DNA of 64,000 bases, taken from assembly GCA_049999805.1 (NCBI GenBank), contig JBNGIO010006371.1:323260-387259 (forward strand), in the 5' to 3' direction. Made by a program: the position numbers and the translations under genes. Positions 49,601 to 61,957 of this stretch are shown one piece after another; positions within the stretch are counted from its first letter, which is position 1; every line of letters begins with the position of its first letter. The notes under the pieces were generated by a model that made no database searches, was not told where the DNA came from, and saw only the letters and a list, made by a program, of their open reading frames with translations. Source of the DNA: Folioceros fuciformis. Lineage: Eukaryota.

Positions 49601-50864
49601 TGCAGAGAGGGTATTCCACGGAACTCGTCAGAAAAATGTGGTGACTTGGAATGCCATGATAGCAGGGTATTCCCAGGAGGGCATGGTGCAGGAGGCCCTT
49701 CATCTCTACAGTGCTATGCAAGCAGAAGGCATGGCTGCTGATCCCGTGACATTCGTTTGCCTCCTGCATGCATGTGTAAGTGTAGGCTCTGCAGCATTGG
49801 AGGAGGGAAGGTGGCTTCATACGCGTATCAGACAGCAAGGACTTCAAGGTGATGTGTTCGTAGCCAGCAGTGTAGTGAACATGTATGCAAAGTGTGGCAA
49901 CTTAGAAGATGCTCAAAAAGTGTTCGCCACACTCGGTCAGAAAGACGTGGTAACGTGGAATGCGTTGATATCAGGGTATTCCCAGCAGGGTATGGGACAG
50001 GAAGCCCTTCGGCTGTACAGTGCTATGCAAGACGAAGGCACGGTTGTACCTGATTCCGTGACGTTCGTGTGCCTCTTGCAGGCATGTGCAAATGTGGCAG
50101 CCTTGGGTGTGGGAGCACAGTTGCACTCGCAGATTGTAGAGCAGGGGCTCGAAGCTGACTTGTTTGTAGCCGGCAGTTTGATCAACATGTATGGGAAGTC
50201 TGGGAGCATGATTGACGCACAGCAGGTGTTCGATGAACTGCCCGAAAGAGACATTGTAATCTGGAATGCTCTGATCGCAGGCTACACCTGTGAAGGACAC
50301 AGTAAAGTGGTCTTCGAGTTGGTCCAGAAAATGCAACAGGATGGCATGCAGCCAGACAGTATCACATTCCTCAGTGTACTGACAGTGTGCAGTCACAGAG
50401 GACTGGTGAAGGAGGGGCGGGAGCACTTCGAAGCAATGAGCAGACACCACGGCATAGTTCCCACGGAAAACCACTACACGTGCATGGTGGATCTCCTGGG
50501 CCGCGCAGGACAAGTGGATGAAGCGCTATGTATTGTAAGTAGCATGCCGTTACTGCCCAATGCTGCAATCTGGCACACACTGCTGGGGGCTTGTCGAATG
50601 TGGGGCAACGTGGAAGTCGGACTCCATGCTTTCAATGAAGCAGTGAAGCTAGACAACAAAGACCCTGCAGCATATGTATTGATGTCGAACATCTACACCA
50701 GTGCTCAGATGCAGCAGGGGGCACAAAGGATGCAGGCCAGACGAAAAAGGATCAGGGCATGGAAGCAGCCGGGCCAGAGCTGGTGGACCGACAGGGAAGG
50801 ACTGGTGCACAGTTTCTTGGTTGGGAATGAGAAGCATCCACAGCATCTAGCAATGCCTGGATAA
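46608..50864 (+). CDS. Very long PLS-class PPR protein with E1/E2 and WW-type PG box, no DYW deaminase; intronless
   Basis: 1418-aa ORF of P-L-S triplets ending HYTCMVDLLGRAG...WKQPGQSWWTDREGLVHSFLVGNEKHPQ. It is a paralogue of 18925..21927. The start codon choice is uncertain. Confidence 0.93.
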   Translation: MPWAVTGVCCLAFECSAQSLLLQGMGVLVRASVLRISRKQPSTHNQVGRCSSTLAAHPAGGVCERRLARNSDRDRDGAYDVGVTAETVHRLCDEGHVTEAVEALEFLVHTGRFVTKALLYAVLKKCVVKKDLALGSRVHAFTLRKGYQADTFLCNHILRMYASHGRLQDAMDVFEGVAQPDSFMWSSIISAHVRQGQDTQALQLYHRMRGSGVKPDGHVFVAALQACIRGLDLKSGQQVHADVLASGIKPDLFVCNGLVNMYGKCGRLESAQGVFDGLSKKDVVTWTAMIAGYSQQGMGQKALTLYAAMQQEGFVVPNSVTFVCLLQACASVGALALEKGRQLHAQIRERRQQDDVPVANSLINMYAKCGSLEDAQRVFDGLCQKDVVTWNALIAGYSQQGMGHVALGLYSAMQEEGIVVPDAVTFVCLLHACASVGTLALKKGVQLHEQIKEQRLQADVLIADSLVKMYAKCGSMQDAQREFDGLRNKDVLTWTAMIAGYSQQGMGQEALCLYSDMQEEGVAVPNAVTFVCLLQSCAILGTPALETGVRLHAQIQERGHEADLFVVSSLVNMYAKCGSLESAQRVFDELSAKDVITWNALIAGYSQQRMGQEALHLYSAMQDEGMVLPDSVTFVSLLQACASVGTAALETGKQLHMQIKEQGYHADLFVASSLVNMYVKCGSLEDGQDVFDRLGHKNVVTWNAMIGGYSQQGLGQEALRLYAAMQRDGRVVPDSVTFVCLLQACAGLGNLALETGKQLHAEVNERGLQADLFIADSLVNMYAKCGSMDGAQRVFNATSPKTVVMWTAMIAGYSQHGMGQEALRLYSVMQEEGMAVPSSVTFVSLLQACATVGTAALEEGRSLHRQIREGGHETDVCIASGLVNMYAKCGSLEDAQRVFDSLGQKNVVTWNAIISGYAQQGMGHESLHLFRAMQAEGVTVPDSVTFVSLLQACASVGTLELGTGKQLHALIEGGGHEADVFVASSLVNMYAKCGSLEDAERVFHGTRQKNVVTWNAMIAGYSQEGMVQEALHLYSAMQAEGMAADPVTFVCLLHACVSVGSAALEEGRWLHTRIRQQGLQGDVFVASSVVNMYAKCGNLEDAQKVFATLGQKDVVTWNALISGYSQQGMGQEALRLYSAMQDEGTVVPDSVTFVCLLQACANVAALGVGAQLHSQIVEQGLEADLFVAGSLINMYGKSGSMIDAQQVFDELPERDIVIWNALIAGYTCEGHSKVVFELVQKMQQDGMQPDSITFLSVLTVCSHRGLVKEGREHFEAMSRHHGIVPTENHYTCMVDLLGRAGQVDEALCIVSSMPLLPNAAIWHTLLGACRMWGNVEVGLHAFNEAVKLDNKDPAAYVLMSNIYTSAQMQQGAQRMQARRKRIRAWKQPGQSWWTDREGLVHSFLVGNEKHPQHLAMPG

Positions 50865-51489
50865 AAGCGTGTTTAAAAGTGTGTTCCAAAACGAAGAAAG
50901 AAGGATAACAAGGTTGATTAAGCAGGGCCTCACCTCAAGGTCCCAAGTAAGCTTTTGCAAGGACTAATTAGCTGATATCCTAGGTGGAGTCTTAATCTGT
51001 CTGATATAGCGGTGGGGTCGTATGACATTACGTGAAAAGTATGAGAATGGCAAAGGTGCGTTGAGCTGGGAGATGTTCAAGCCTTATGTTCCAAGGAAGA
51101 CGCTCATAGTTTACCAGTATGAGAGGGTTTTAGACACTTTAGAATGTAGAAATTAGTAGAAGTGTACTACCGCTCACTGAGAGAAAAGGACAAATTAAAA
51201 GGGGAAAGACACAATGAATTGGAAGATATACACATTATGAAATCAACGTTTTCAAACGTATATACGTATTGATCCTCCACGTCTGGAAACCCAGAAGATA
51301 ACAAGCACCAACGCAAGCAAAGTTCCATCATAAGACAGACGTTGGGAACACCAAGACGCAGATAACAGAACCAGTCAACACGATGTCAGGAGTGCATGGA
51401 GGGCCTCCCTCCTCCACAAAAAACATGCATACACTAAACACAAAAGGAGACACGTGCTGCCTTTGCTCCTGAGAAGATTTGCCCGAAAC

Positions 51490-54389
51490 TCAAACGAACT
51501 GGACTTTAGGCTTCACGTCCGCATACATCTGTACAAGCTCCTTCACGACTCGCTTCACACTGCCATTGTTCTTGAACATCAAACGGCGATTCTCTTCCAA
51601 GTTCGAGAAACCCTTCACAGCAAGAGCGAAAGACGGACTGTCAGAAACGAGCTCTGATGCTGCCACAAGGAACAAATGGAAGTGACAACTTTGAGCCTAG
51701 CAGCATACCATCTCTTCCAACTCTTCCATGATAGGGTCCCAATCTGCCGCTGACACGAGATCATCCACAGTGCGCTGAAGATCGAAACCATTGCTCTCCA
51801 GCAAATACTTGTTCAAGGATTTCTCACGGAAGCCCATGGACTCTAACTTCAACAACAGACTGTCGAGTTCACCGAGTTCTTTGTCGAGTTCACTCACTTC
51901 ACCTTCGAAGTTCTCCGTCGACACGGATTGGGAAGATGCTGGAATGGAAGATGCACTGTTCCCTACAGGCATTTCAACCACAGAGAACCCTTCTACCTCG
52001 GTGTTCTCAGCCAACGGCACCTCACCAGGAGCAACCTCGTCCGGAAGAGCGGTGACCGGAGAAGGAACATTCGCAGGTACAATATCTACAAAGCCAGACT
52101 GTTCCTTCTCAAGACTGACCAAGCCAGTGACAGGCGGCTCCTTAATACCTGCAAGATCCTTCTCATCTTCAACCTTACCATCATCCTCCTTAGACAGTGA
52201 GACTTCGGTTTGGTCGGGTGAAGAGATACTTTCCGCATCTTTGGATGCTGAAGAGCTACTTTCCATATCTATGGATGCTGCAAGCTGAGGTGACTGCTCG
52301 CCTTTAGGAACCACCTGCAAAAGCAGGGACAGATACAGATTAAGAACAAAAGAAATACAATCAGATTCCACCTCGCATAATTCCCCACTCCTACAACACG
52401 ACCATCGAACATACTTGAATCAGAACCCACACGCGATGACCAAACTTTGGACCGTTAGGGGCCTGCAGACGCCAGTGAGATATGTAACGGCCAGGCCTTT
52501 CTGGGGCCACAAGATCAATGGGAGCATCTAACTCCGCTTCTGGGACCAGACCTCCTTCCGGCATCTGCAAAACTCGATGGTGAACCGACTGCTTAAAATG
52601 CCATCGCGGCTAAGAAAGCTTTACTTTCAGAACAATGAAGTTGTGTGCGTCTCTACCTGCAAGGGAGTCACTGACGTACCACCCAATGCATCTCCTCCAA
52701 CATGTACCAGCTGGGTATTGTGCGGCCACGGCACAGACCCACTGTTGCGCAACCGCCAAATCTTCGTGAAGTGTGTTCCTGGAGCAAACTCTGTTCCATC
52801 GAAGATACTAACATCTTGCACGAAGCGAGCATCCGGCTTTGCCACACCAGAAGAAACAGAGCGGCAGCTTGCCCTTACACCAAATTGGGGGCCACGGAAG
52901 GAGGGCATCGCATGCTGGAATGGCCGAGAGAAGGAACCCTGGAATGTTGGGTAGCGGTAAGGCCTCGCCATGGATGATTCGGCTGGTCCAGGGTAATACG
53001 GTCTTCCATAAGAAGCGGAAGGTGGGGGGTGACACACTGGACGTCCCTTCCTCAAGCGAGGTACATCAATTCGCTCGTACTCTCCATCGTCCACAGTCTC
53101 TTTGTAGCAAGAGAGACACAAGTCGTAATCAAACCTCCTGCAGCCAGACTCGACCGTCAAAAGCCGATGACATATTTAAGAGTGCACAGCAAGAATCACA
53201 TATTTAAGAGTGCATAGCAATAAGTAAAGACATGGCAACAGCACGTACTTCAGAGATATGAACCGGGATCCAGGTATGGGCGCTATCCCACAGCCATCGC
53301 ACTTGACTCCGTGGTGCAATACCTGACTGGGATGCTCCACGCTAGAGGGCTTGTCCTTCTGCAAGGGTTCGTATCCACCATATCCCACGTTGGGGTACTG
53401 TAGCCTAGAAAACAATGATCCGCGCACGGTGTGCAAATCCACGTCCACATCGGGACGCGGCTCACCACTCTGTGAGTAAGCAGCTGTCGGCGGAACCGAA
53501 GGCTCCTTCTCAGACTGCTTATCACTGCTACTCACGTTCTTCTCACTGTTCCTCGCGTTCTCTGAGCTGGGACTGACGAGTACCTGATTAGCCTTCAGAG
53601 ACTTGACAACCCGCTCAAGGGTCCTAATGACAACTGGAGTAAGCTCTCTTCCTGCCTTTTTCACCGCAGCCTCACATTCTGGCACCAGCTGCTTCACACC
53701 TTCTGCTGCGGGGCTCAACGCCCGCAGCGAATACTCCCAGCCCCGCAGCGAACGCTCCAAAATATCGGCTGCTGTCTCACCCGAAACTATCCCTGTGGGA
53801 CCGACGAGTAACTCCAGGAGATGGCGGTACTCCTCCACATCAGTCTTTCCAGTTGGAGGAGGAACTTGTCCATCTGATGCCTTCGCCTGAGCAGCAGACC
53901 CCGGAGAGGAGGAAGAAGATGAAGCGGCCAGAGACGCCGCAGGCGTGGCAGGGGCCGGCGAAACTGACGGGGCAGCTGCCGGAATCACCACAGGGCCAGA
54001 AGCCGTATGACTCACAGCCAAGTGCAGCGGGTTAAGCTTCTGAGAGAAGCACGCATCCTTCAACTCTTCGGTAGAGTCCATGTCCATAAACTCCCCATCT
54101 TCGTCCTTATATGCTATTGCAATCTTCTGGGACGCAGGGATGTTGAAGAGATCCCGCACCTTTCGCTCCAAGTCCGAAAACGCCGGAACCTCAGCCGTAG
54201 GTAGGGTGACGCGGCGAGCACGGCCATTGTAATGTATCTGACAACCACCACCACACCACATCACTTCAGATCAGAGAACCTCAAGAGCAACACATTGGCG
54301 GTAGCACCCGTCACGGCTGCCATGCGCAAAACAAAGTTCTTCGAACCCCTGAAAGCCACTACCTTGAAGGTAAACCCTGCAGCAGCCAT
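51490..54389 (-). CDS. NBR1: NBR1/Joka2 selective autophagy receptor, 6 exons
   Basis: PB1 (FKIHYNGRARR...YKDEDGE), ZZ finger (HHGVKCDGCGIAPIPGSRF...DYDLCLSC), FW domain (DARFVQDVSIFDGT..APGTHFTKIWRLRNSG, PGRYISHWRL), and two UBA domains with the LIR motif WDPI between them. Confidence 0.93.
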
Positions 54390-55900
54390 GATGATCACAA
54401 CGTAACTTGCGCCCCCTCAACAGCAACTACCTGCCACAGACAAACCGCAATGAGACCAGGAGCCATCTACACAGCACTCCAAATCAGATACGTCCTACCA
54501 CTCCGACAAACCCTGACACACCAATTGCCCTGCTCCGCAACGATTGAAAACATAGAATTACAACGAACACCTAGACCATGCAATCCGTTGCAACATCAGT
54601 TTCCAGAATCCAAACGTTCCAACTCTACCCACACAGCATGCACCCATCATGTAACTCACCACTGCAAACTAACAGGCAGGACTGTACAAGAAAACACAGG
54701 CGTTCCGGTTAGCCGCAAGAATCGTTCACGAAAAACGGCTCGGATGCACAAGCCCGCTGGCTGTGCAAACGTAAAGAAGAATTGACAGAAGAAGGCGGAG
54801 AGGAGGAGATGGGTGTCGCGTTCCCGTGAGCCGCGATGTCGGAAGTGAAAATACCCGCGCGCAGGGGCCTCTTTATACTCCCCGCAAAACCCTCTCGGTC
54901 ACGCTTTCCCTTACTCTACCCGACGCCACGTCCACAGCATGGTTTTCACCCAACTACAAGAAGTTGTCCTGGCGCTTTCGTCGCGTTATTACTTTCCTGC
55001 AAGTAACGGGCCGGGCGGCATGGAACCAGATTTTCAGTATCAGCAATGTCGCAGTTCCCATCTCACGGATCTTCCAGAAAGCTCTACCATGCGAGGTTTC
55101 CAAGCTCTGGAGCTCGGCCGAGCATCTGGACAGGGCTTTGTCCCGATGGAATGTCCCTCTCTCTCCTTCCTTCCTACGAGAGCTGTGAGATTCCAAACTA
55201 GAGCGGCCAACAACGGCATCTTTCTCTCAACAGAAAGTAGGAACTAGAGTTCGCATTGAAGGGGTGGAGTAAAAGCTCTCCGCTTGCTTTGCCGCATAAA
55301 CATTGAAACTCAACCTGGTGCGAAAACAGGAAGAGTTTGCAACTCCCAATGACATGGAGCCAGCCAACTCCTGCAAGCTTTGATGCCGACTCCAAGCACC
55401 TTGCCTTTTGGCAGATGTGGAAAGGGGGATTGATGAGGTAGGTCCTTGTGGCAAACACCCGACTTCACCAGCTTTACGATGGCTGCATGGTTCTCAAGGC
55501 GGAATCAACATGAAGGGCCTCTCTCCACAAATGAATCCCCAACCCTCTCTCATGAAGCATGCATTTTTTTTTTTCTTCCATTAGGCTTCTCAACTTCCTC
55601 TATGGCATGCAACGAACTATGAGTTGTCTTCAAATGCCATGTTCTTACAAAAGCTCTTAAATTGAGAAGAAATGTACTCTCCTCCATTATTACTCCTAAG
55701 ATTGTTCAAACAAAAGCTCTTAAATTAAGAAAAAATGTACTCTCCTCCATTGTTACTCCCGAGAGTCTTCAACCATTCTTCCCTAAAGGAAACAAACCTA
55801 GCAAGGCCTCCATCCATAGCTTAAACATTTTGAGTAACTCAATTGGGGTCTACTACTCAAACAATGAGAATGGAACTTTAAACATAAAGCTGGGAGGCTA

Positions 55901-56447
55901 CTTTCTCTCCTAGCTAGTAGCTAAGTGTGCCAATTGTTGAAGAGGTACCTTTCTCTCCTAGCCAGTGGCTAAGTGTGCCAATTGTTCAACAGGGGTCTTT
56001 CTCTCCTAGCCTCTGGCTAAGTGTGCCAAATGTTCAATAGGGTCCTTTCTCTTCTAGCCAGTGGCTAAGTGCGTCAATGTGTGCCAATTGTTCAAAAAGG
56101 TCCTTTCTCTCCTCGCTAGTGGCTAAGTGTGCCAATTGTTCAACAAGGTTCTTTCTCTCCTAGCTAGTGGCTAAGTGTGCCAATTATTCAACAGGGTCCT
56201 TTCTCTCCTAACTAGTGGCTAAGTGTGCCAATTGTTCAACAAGGTCCTTTCTCTCCTAGCNNNNNNNNNNAGTGGCTAAGTGTGCCAATTGTTCAACAAG
56301 GTCCTTTCTCTCCTAGCCAGTGGCTAAGTGTGCCAATTGTTCAACAGGATCCTTTCTCTCCTAGCTAGTGGCTAAGTGTGCCAATTGTTCAACAGGATCC
56401 TTTCTCTCCTAGCCAGTGGCTAAGTGTGCCAATTGTTCAACAAGGGC
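55901..56447. repeat. 48-bp minisatellite (ctttctctcctagccagtggctaagtgtgccaattgttcaacagggtc)
   Basis: Unit starts at 55901, 55949 and onward; near-identical copies with an N gap inside. Confidence 0.9.
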
Positions 56448-57320
56448 CTGTTGTGGAATGATGCATTAGGCTCCCTTCTCTTCAAGCTTAAAAGACTTGC
56501 ACATAGTCTTGCTAATCTCAATCCGAATAGGAACCAACATATACCATCGGTCCTAAGGTAGTGTCTAAGCGCGCTAACTATGTGAGAGGGTATGTGGAAG
56601 GATGCGTAGGGCTCCCTTCTCCTTAAGCTTAAGAGAATTGAGTGAAGTCTTGCCAATCACATCTTCCTACACTTCAAATCAAGAGCAAAAGAATGAGATA
56701 GTACACTACAAACCAACCTTGCCTCCATGTTTCTACATAGGAACCTACCTAAAATGAAGAGGTAGGCTTCTTCTATCCTAGATAGTGTGGAAGGATGCAA
56801 ACTCTTTAAGAAGCATATTAGGGGAGGATGCATTGGGCTTCCACATACTTAAGTATGATGGACTCATAAACAATCTTTCCGGTCGCATTTTGTGCACCTC
56901 AAGTGAAGAGCATGACTTAGAATGCTGCAAACCAACTTCACGTGCGCTGGACCAAGCTCACTTGCTCTTTGTGGAGACCGATAAGAGGACAACGTAACTC
57001 TTTTTCTTAGAGCGAAATACCATTGCAGTACATCAATCCAGGTGAGTTATGGTGTAATTCCAGACCTGGTTTGCAGCAAAGAGATTCCGCTTCCAATTTT
57101 TGAACCCCCCTTCCAACACAGTGAGAGCTCCGTACCCATGTACACACAGGGAAGGCTGCAGGATGACACTTGTCTACATAGAGACGTGGCAAACTGCTGG
57201 AAGGAGGGACTGATGTGTCTGCTTTTGTGGTATAAGCTGATTTGCTATGGCAGCACAACAAAAAAATATCTGTATTCTGTTTTGTTCTATCCTGTCTACG
57301 AGTACGGTGCAGACAGGTGT

Positions 57321-58928
57321 TCACTCCTGGACCCACTGCTGGCCGTCGATGAAAGCCTTGGTGAGGAAGGGCTGGGCATCGGCATCCGAGAGCTCCTTGG
57401 CCCAGGGCACCCTTCCAACCTCGCTAGCACCCGGGCCAGTGCATTTGTACTGGCCGTAGAAAACAGTGCTGCACCAACACACGAGGGGGTCCACCACAAC
57501 TGGATCAGGAGCTGTTGCCAACATAGAGCAAATGGCGAAAGAATTGTCTGCAATTTTCTTTCCTTTGTCTGCACAGCTGCAGTAAGTACTGCCTGGATTC
57601 TCGTGCGCTGGGAAAGCATACATACCTCTGGCGGTCAGGCAAGCCCCAGTTGTACCAGCCGACGGGAGTGATGATGTCCGCCAGATAAGTGTAGGCGAAG
57701 ACGACTCTAGAGTAGGCTCCCCACGCCCGGCCGAGGTAAATCTGCATGTGGCCCGAGCCCACCACCTTGCAGTTGACGAAGGAGAATCCCGTGTCCTCGC
57801 TGCCGGACTGCCGCTTCTGAGCTGTGAGCGAGCCTGCGCTGCTGCTCCTCTGGATCACGTTTAGCGTGCAACCCTGGGAATTGCGATGTGCGTCAGCCAC
57901 TGTGGAGCGTTTCTCCCAACCCACAACAACCGAGAGAGAAGACGAGAGTCCTCTTGCTTGTAGAGGGTCAATTTGCGCACTCCGTGCGTGCATGTCAGGA
58001 AGCCGCTTACATCGTACAAGGAGAGGCCGTCGCCGAAAATGAAATCCACCACGCCCTGGATGAAGCAGTCCTTGAAGTAGTGCCGCCCCTTGTGATCGTA
58101 CAGCGTGTCCTGTGCTCCCAGGAATCCGCACCGGTAGAACTCCGCCATGTCCCCAGTGATCATGAGCGCCACCGCCTGCTCCCCAGTCTCTCCACTGTCT
58201 GGCACGGGAGCCGAGTTCTGCGCGTTGCCCACCAGGAATCCGGATCAGAAACGAGTTAGACAACGGATTTGAAGCTGGTGAGCGGCAATGCAAGCCAGTG
58301 CGATGCATTCAGACCTCGAACGTGATGTCCTGCGCTATGAAATTGGGAGCGCTGATGGAGACGGTGGCGCTCTTGATGGTGGTGCCGGAGGAACTAGCGG
58401 TATCCCCCCAGGTAATCTTAGTTACGTCCTTCCCAGCCCCTTGCAACGTGATGAAAGGCTTGTTCTTTGGGATCACCACCTTCTCCCTGCACCGGCAACA
58501 GGACAATGTGGCCCCGCTCAGGATTCTGCATGAAGGAATCCAACCTGATGCATGCAGAAGCGGGAAGGAAACAGGTCTCACTTGTAGGTTCCGGCTTTGA
58601 TCTGGATGACCACCCGCTGCGTCCGCTTCTGGTCGGGCTTGATGGAATTCAGTGCAGCAGTGAGGGAGGTGAAATCCCCTGCCCCACCAGCATCCACCAC
58701 TATCACCCTGGCCGGCACTGCGGCCGCCTGCTGCACCGATGCCAGCACCTCGCCAGCGTCAAACTTGGCCAGATTGGTGCTGACTCTCTGATGCACTCGC
58801 TGCACCCAGGACTCGAATCCCCCGTTCAGGTGGTGCCCAACCCCGGGACGGTGGTGGCCACGGGCATCTCCAGGCCCGGCCGAGCCCAGCACCAGCAGGA
58901 ATAGTACAAACAAAGCTCCGGGACCCAT
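57321..58928 (-). CDS. Pectin methylesterase (CE8, no PMEI pro-domain), 5 exons
   Basis: Signal peptide, [80 protein letters not shown] and FIDGQQW. Confidence 0.93.
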
Positions 58929-61580
58929 CTACCCAGCCAGGGAGCGCTACCTGGCTCCCTGCCAAACGTGGGTGCCCAGAAGAGGAAGGAAGGAAGCTCA
59001 GCGTAGGCAAGGGAAAGGTGGGAGGGAGGGAGGAATGCGGATTCCTGCTCCCAGTCCGAAATGGGCTATGTGCTATGAGGAGGATTCTGGAAAAGGAAGT
59101 CTGAGGAGGCATACATATATAGCACAGCCGGGGCATGCAGTGCAGTGACTGCAATGCAGTGCTGGTGGCGGCTCCGCTTCCATGCCACTCGCTTCTGCCG
59201 TGCGGCTGGCTGGCTGGCTTGGCTGGCTAGCTGGCCTGCTGGCAGCTGAAGCAGCCGCCCAGCGGGCCCGGCCGTACGTAGGATAGGGCTCGCATCATAC
59301 GGTAGCGGGGAGGGAAGATACGTATGTATGTTCCGGGATGGCTGCTAGTCCAGTCTGGATGTGTCAGGGCGCGCATCTCCAAGCCTGCCCAGGCTGTGCT
59401 ATGTGCAATGTGCAATGTGCAATGCAGCATGCCCCCCACCCACTCCAGTAGACCAGTCCACGTCTCATCAACCCGCGCACCCAACACAGCTTCGTAATCG
59501 TACTCTCTGCGTCGGGTCCTTGATGACGATTGTGGTGCAATTCGACTGGCGATTCCGAAGGGATAGCAAAATTGTGGTTCCAGAAGATTTGCTCTTCTTG
59601 ACTGCTTTGTTATGACACCGAAATAATGGCCTCTTGTTGCTGCTGCAGCGGCAGTAGCAATGACTGCTCTCAGCAGCTTCACGACTCCACAGGCATCTTT
59701 TCTTCCTAGAGTACCTCTCCCTGCCACCGTCCTGGCGTCTTGCTGCAGACGTCTCTCATGATTCACCGCTTGTCAGTGGTGAGTCGTGACTGCTGCGACT
59801 CCTGGTGTCACAGTCCCTTGTGCGTCCGTGCCGTTTCCAAGCCCGGGATTTGCGTGCACTGCCCTCCTTTCTCCATCCACTTCCTGTACATAACATGTAC
59901 AGTGCACACCACCCTAATGCAGAGCAGGCATGGACATGTTCCTTCCTTGGCTGTGGGTGGGTGGGGGGGCGGGCCTGGGCTGGGCTTGGTTCGGCCGCTT
60001 TGAGACCCTTCTCCTTGCCACTTATCCTGGATGGACGTGAGAGCAATGCTCGGACGGTGCGTTTTGCGGTGTGGCAACTCTTACTGCTATGCCTGTGTAG
60101 CCAGTACTGCGGGCAACACTTATTGTGATACGGGCACTGCTCTCTGCGATGTGGGCACAGCTTATTCTTTGTCATGTGGCCAATTCCTTCTACTGGGAGA
60201 CACCGGTGGGCTGCATGTCGACATGGCCAACCTCTGGTAGGGTCTGAGAGTTGATGTTCACTGTTCTAAAAAAGGATGGTGAGACCCGCAAATCTTTCCC
60301 TCCAGGGCAGGCAGATGCGAGAATGTGGAACCGTTCGCTTGTCGCAAGCGGAGAGGAGACAAGCAACGAACTGGCAGTGGTGGACCATGGTCAGCTCGTG
60401 TGAGTCTCGTCACACCTACTCCTGCTCTTTTATTGCTCGCGTATCGCAGTCCACAGCTGCTGCTTCACGAATCACATCCCACTTTTCGCGGCTAATGGGG
60501 ACTGGACGGGGAGGGCCCTGCTCTGTAGAGGCTTGAACCCTCAGACGAACGGAATAGGGCTTCTTCCGGCTTCCACCCCATTCGTCAAGACAGGATACCG
60601 GTACACACAACTGCAGTTAGCGTTGGTGTCAGGAGCCAGGAGCCAGGACCCCGCCCTCCTTGGATTCCGCGAGGAAAGCGAAAAAGCCAGGATAGGCACA
60701 GCAGCGGGATTAGCGTCCCTGGTTCCCGCGTCCTGCCTGCTCGACTGGCCAGTGCCAGAGCCAGAGCCAGAGCCAGAGCCTGAGCCAGAGCCAGGGCCAG
60801 AACCTGTACTAGTCTAGTGCCTGCCACCATAGTGTCTGGCTCTGTGATGGGATTCGCACTGCACGCGGACCTGCTCCTGCTCGGCTCACAAACCAGTCAT
60901 CACATTTTCCTTTCCAGGCCATTCTTGTACCGTCTTCTGTACACTACAAGCCTTCCTGAAGTTTTCCAAGTTTTCCATTACCAGAAGCTCCCCTTGCTTG
61001 TCCAACACCTTCCCTTACCTCTCCAACGCCTATTGCCGCTATTGCCCTTTTTGGCTTACTCATCGCCAACATGTGTGAAGTGGGATCCTATTAAAGACCT
61101 CCTCCCTCTTCCATTTTAATTACATTTTAAATGATACTTTTTTATTTAGCAACCTTATTTTTTCATGAAAAAACTCTTTAACCTTCTTAACCACAAACAC
61201 TACAAAGTGCAAAGCCTCTTCTTTACTTGAGAAACACAAGCTTGAAACCCATCTACCTCGAAAGAGCTAAGTGAAGACATCTAAGGTCGTCCAATCACTA
61301 GGGGCTAGCTGAGAAAACCCTTGAGTCTAGTATAGACAACATAATATAATAAAGACCAATATTAGATTGAGAAAATTAGAATTAGATTCTAAGTTTTTTC
61401 ATTTACTTATTTAAGAAAGTTTTCTTTTAATATAAATATGAGTTAGCTCTTCATTGATTCCCATTCGCACTACTCGGATTNNNNNNNNNNNNNNNNNNNN
61501 NNNNNNNNNNNNNNNNNNNNNNNNNNNNNNNNNNNNNNNNNNNNNNNNNNNNNNNNNNNNNNNNNNNNNNNNNNNNNNNN

Positions 61581-61957
61581 GCAAGGACTTTCTACATTTC
61601 TTGCTCCAAGCTTTCTGACCCTCTACACGCAAGGACTTTCTACATTTCTTGCTCCAAGCTTTCTGACCCTCTACACGCAAGGACTTTCTACATTTCTTGC
61701 TCCAAGCTTTCTGACCCTCTACACGCAAGGACTTTCTACATTTCTTGCTCCAAGCTTTCTGACCCTCTACATGCAAGGACTTTCTATATTTCTTAGTCCA
61801 AGCTTTTTGACCCTCTACGCACAAGGACTTTCTACTTTTCATCGTCCAAGCTTTCTAATCCTCTAGGTGCAAGGACTTTCTAGTTTTCTCGGTCCAAGCT
61901 TTCTGACCCTCTAGGCATAAGGACTTTCTAGTTTTCTCGGTCCAAGCTTTCTCACCC
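61581..61957. repeat. 48-bp minisatellite (gcaaggactttctacatttcttgctccaagctttctgaccctctacac)
   Basis: Tandem copies after an N gap; they are identical near the gap and diverge to the right. Confidence 0.9.

Noticed and set aside
55901-56447. Regular repeats resembling a CRISPR array (also 37190, 39870, 40631, 41480 and 61581)
   Set aside because: The units are contiguous with no unique spacers, there are no cas genes, and the context is eukaryotic.
59160-60830. ORFs around the (TGGC)n and (CCAGAG)n microsatellites
   Set aside because: Low-complexity translations (PEPEPE, LALALA) with no domain or coherent exon chain.
61411-61842. Lys-rich 16-aa repeat ORF
   Set aside because: It is the antisense reading of a 48-bp satellite and runs through an N gap.
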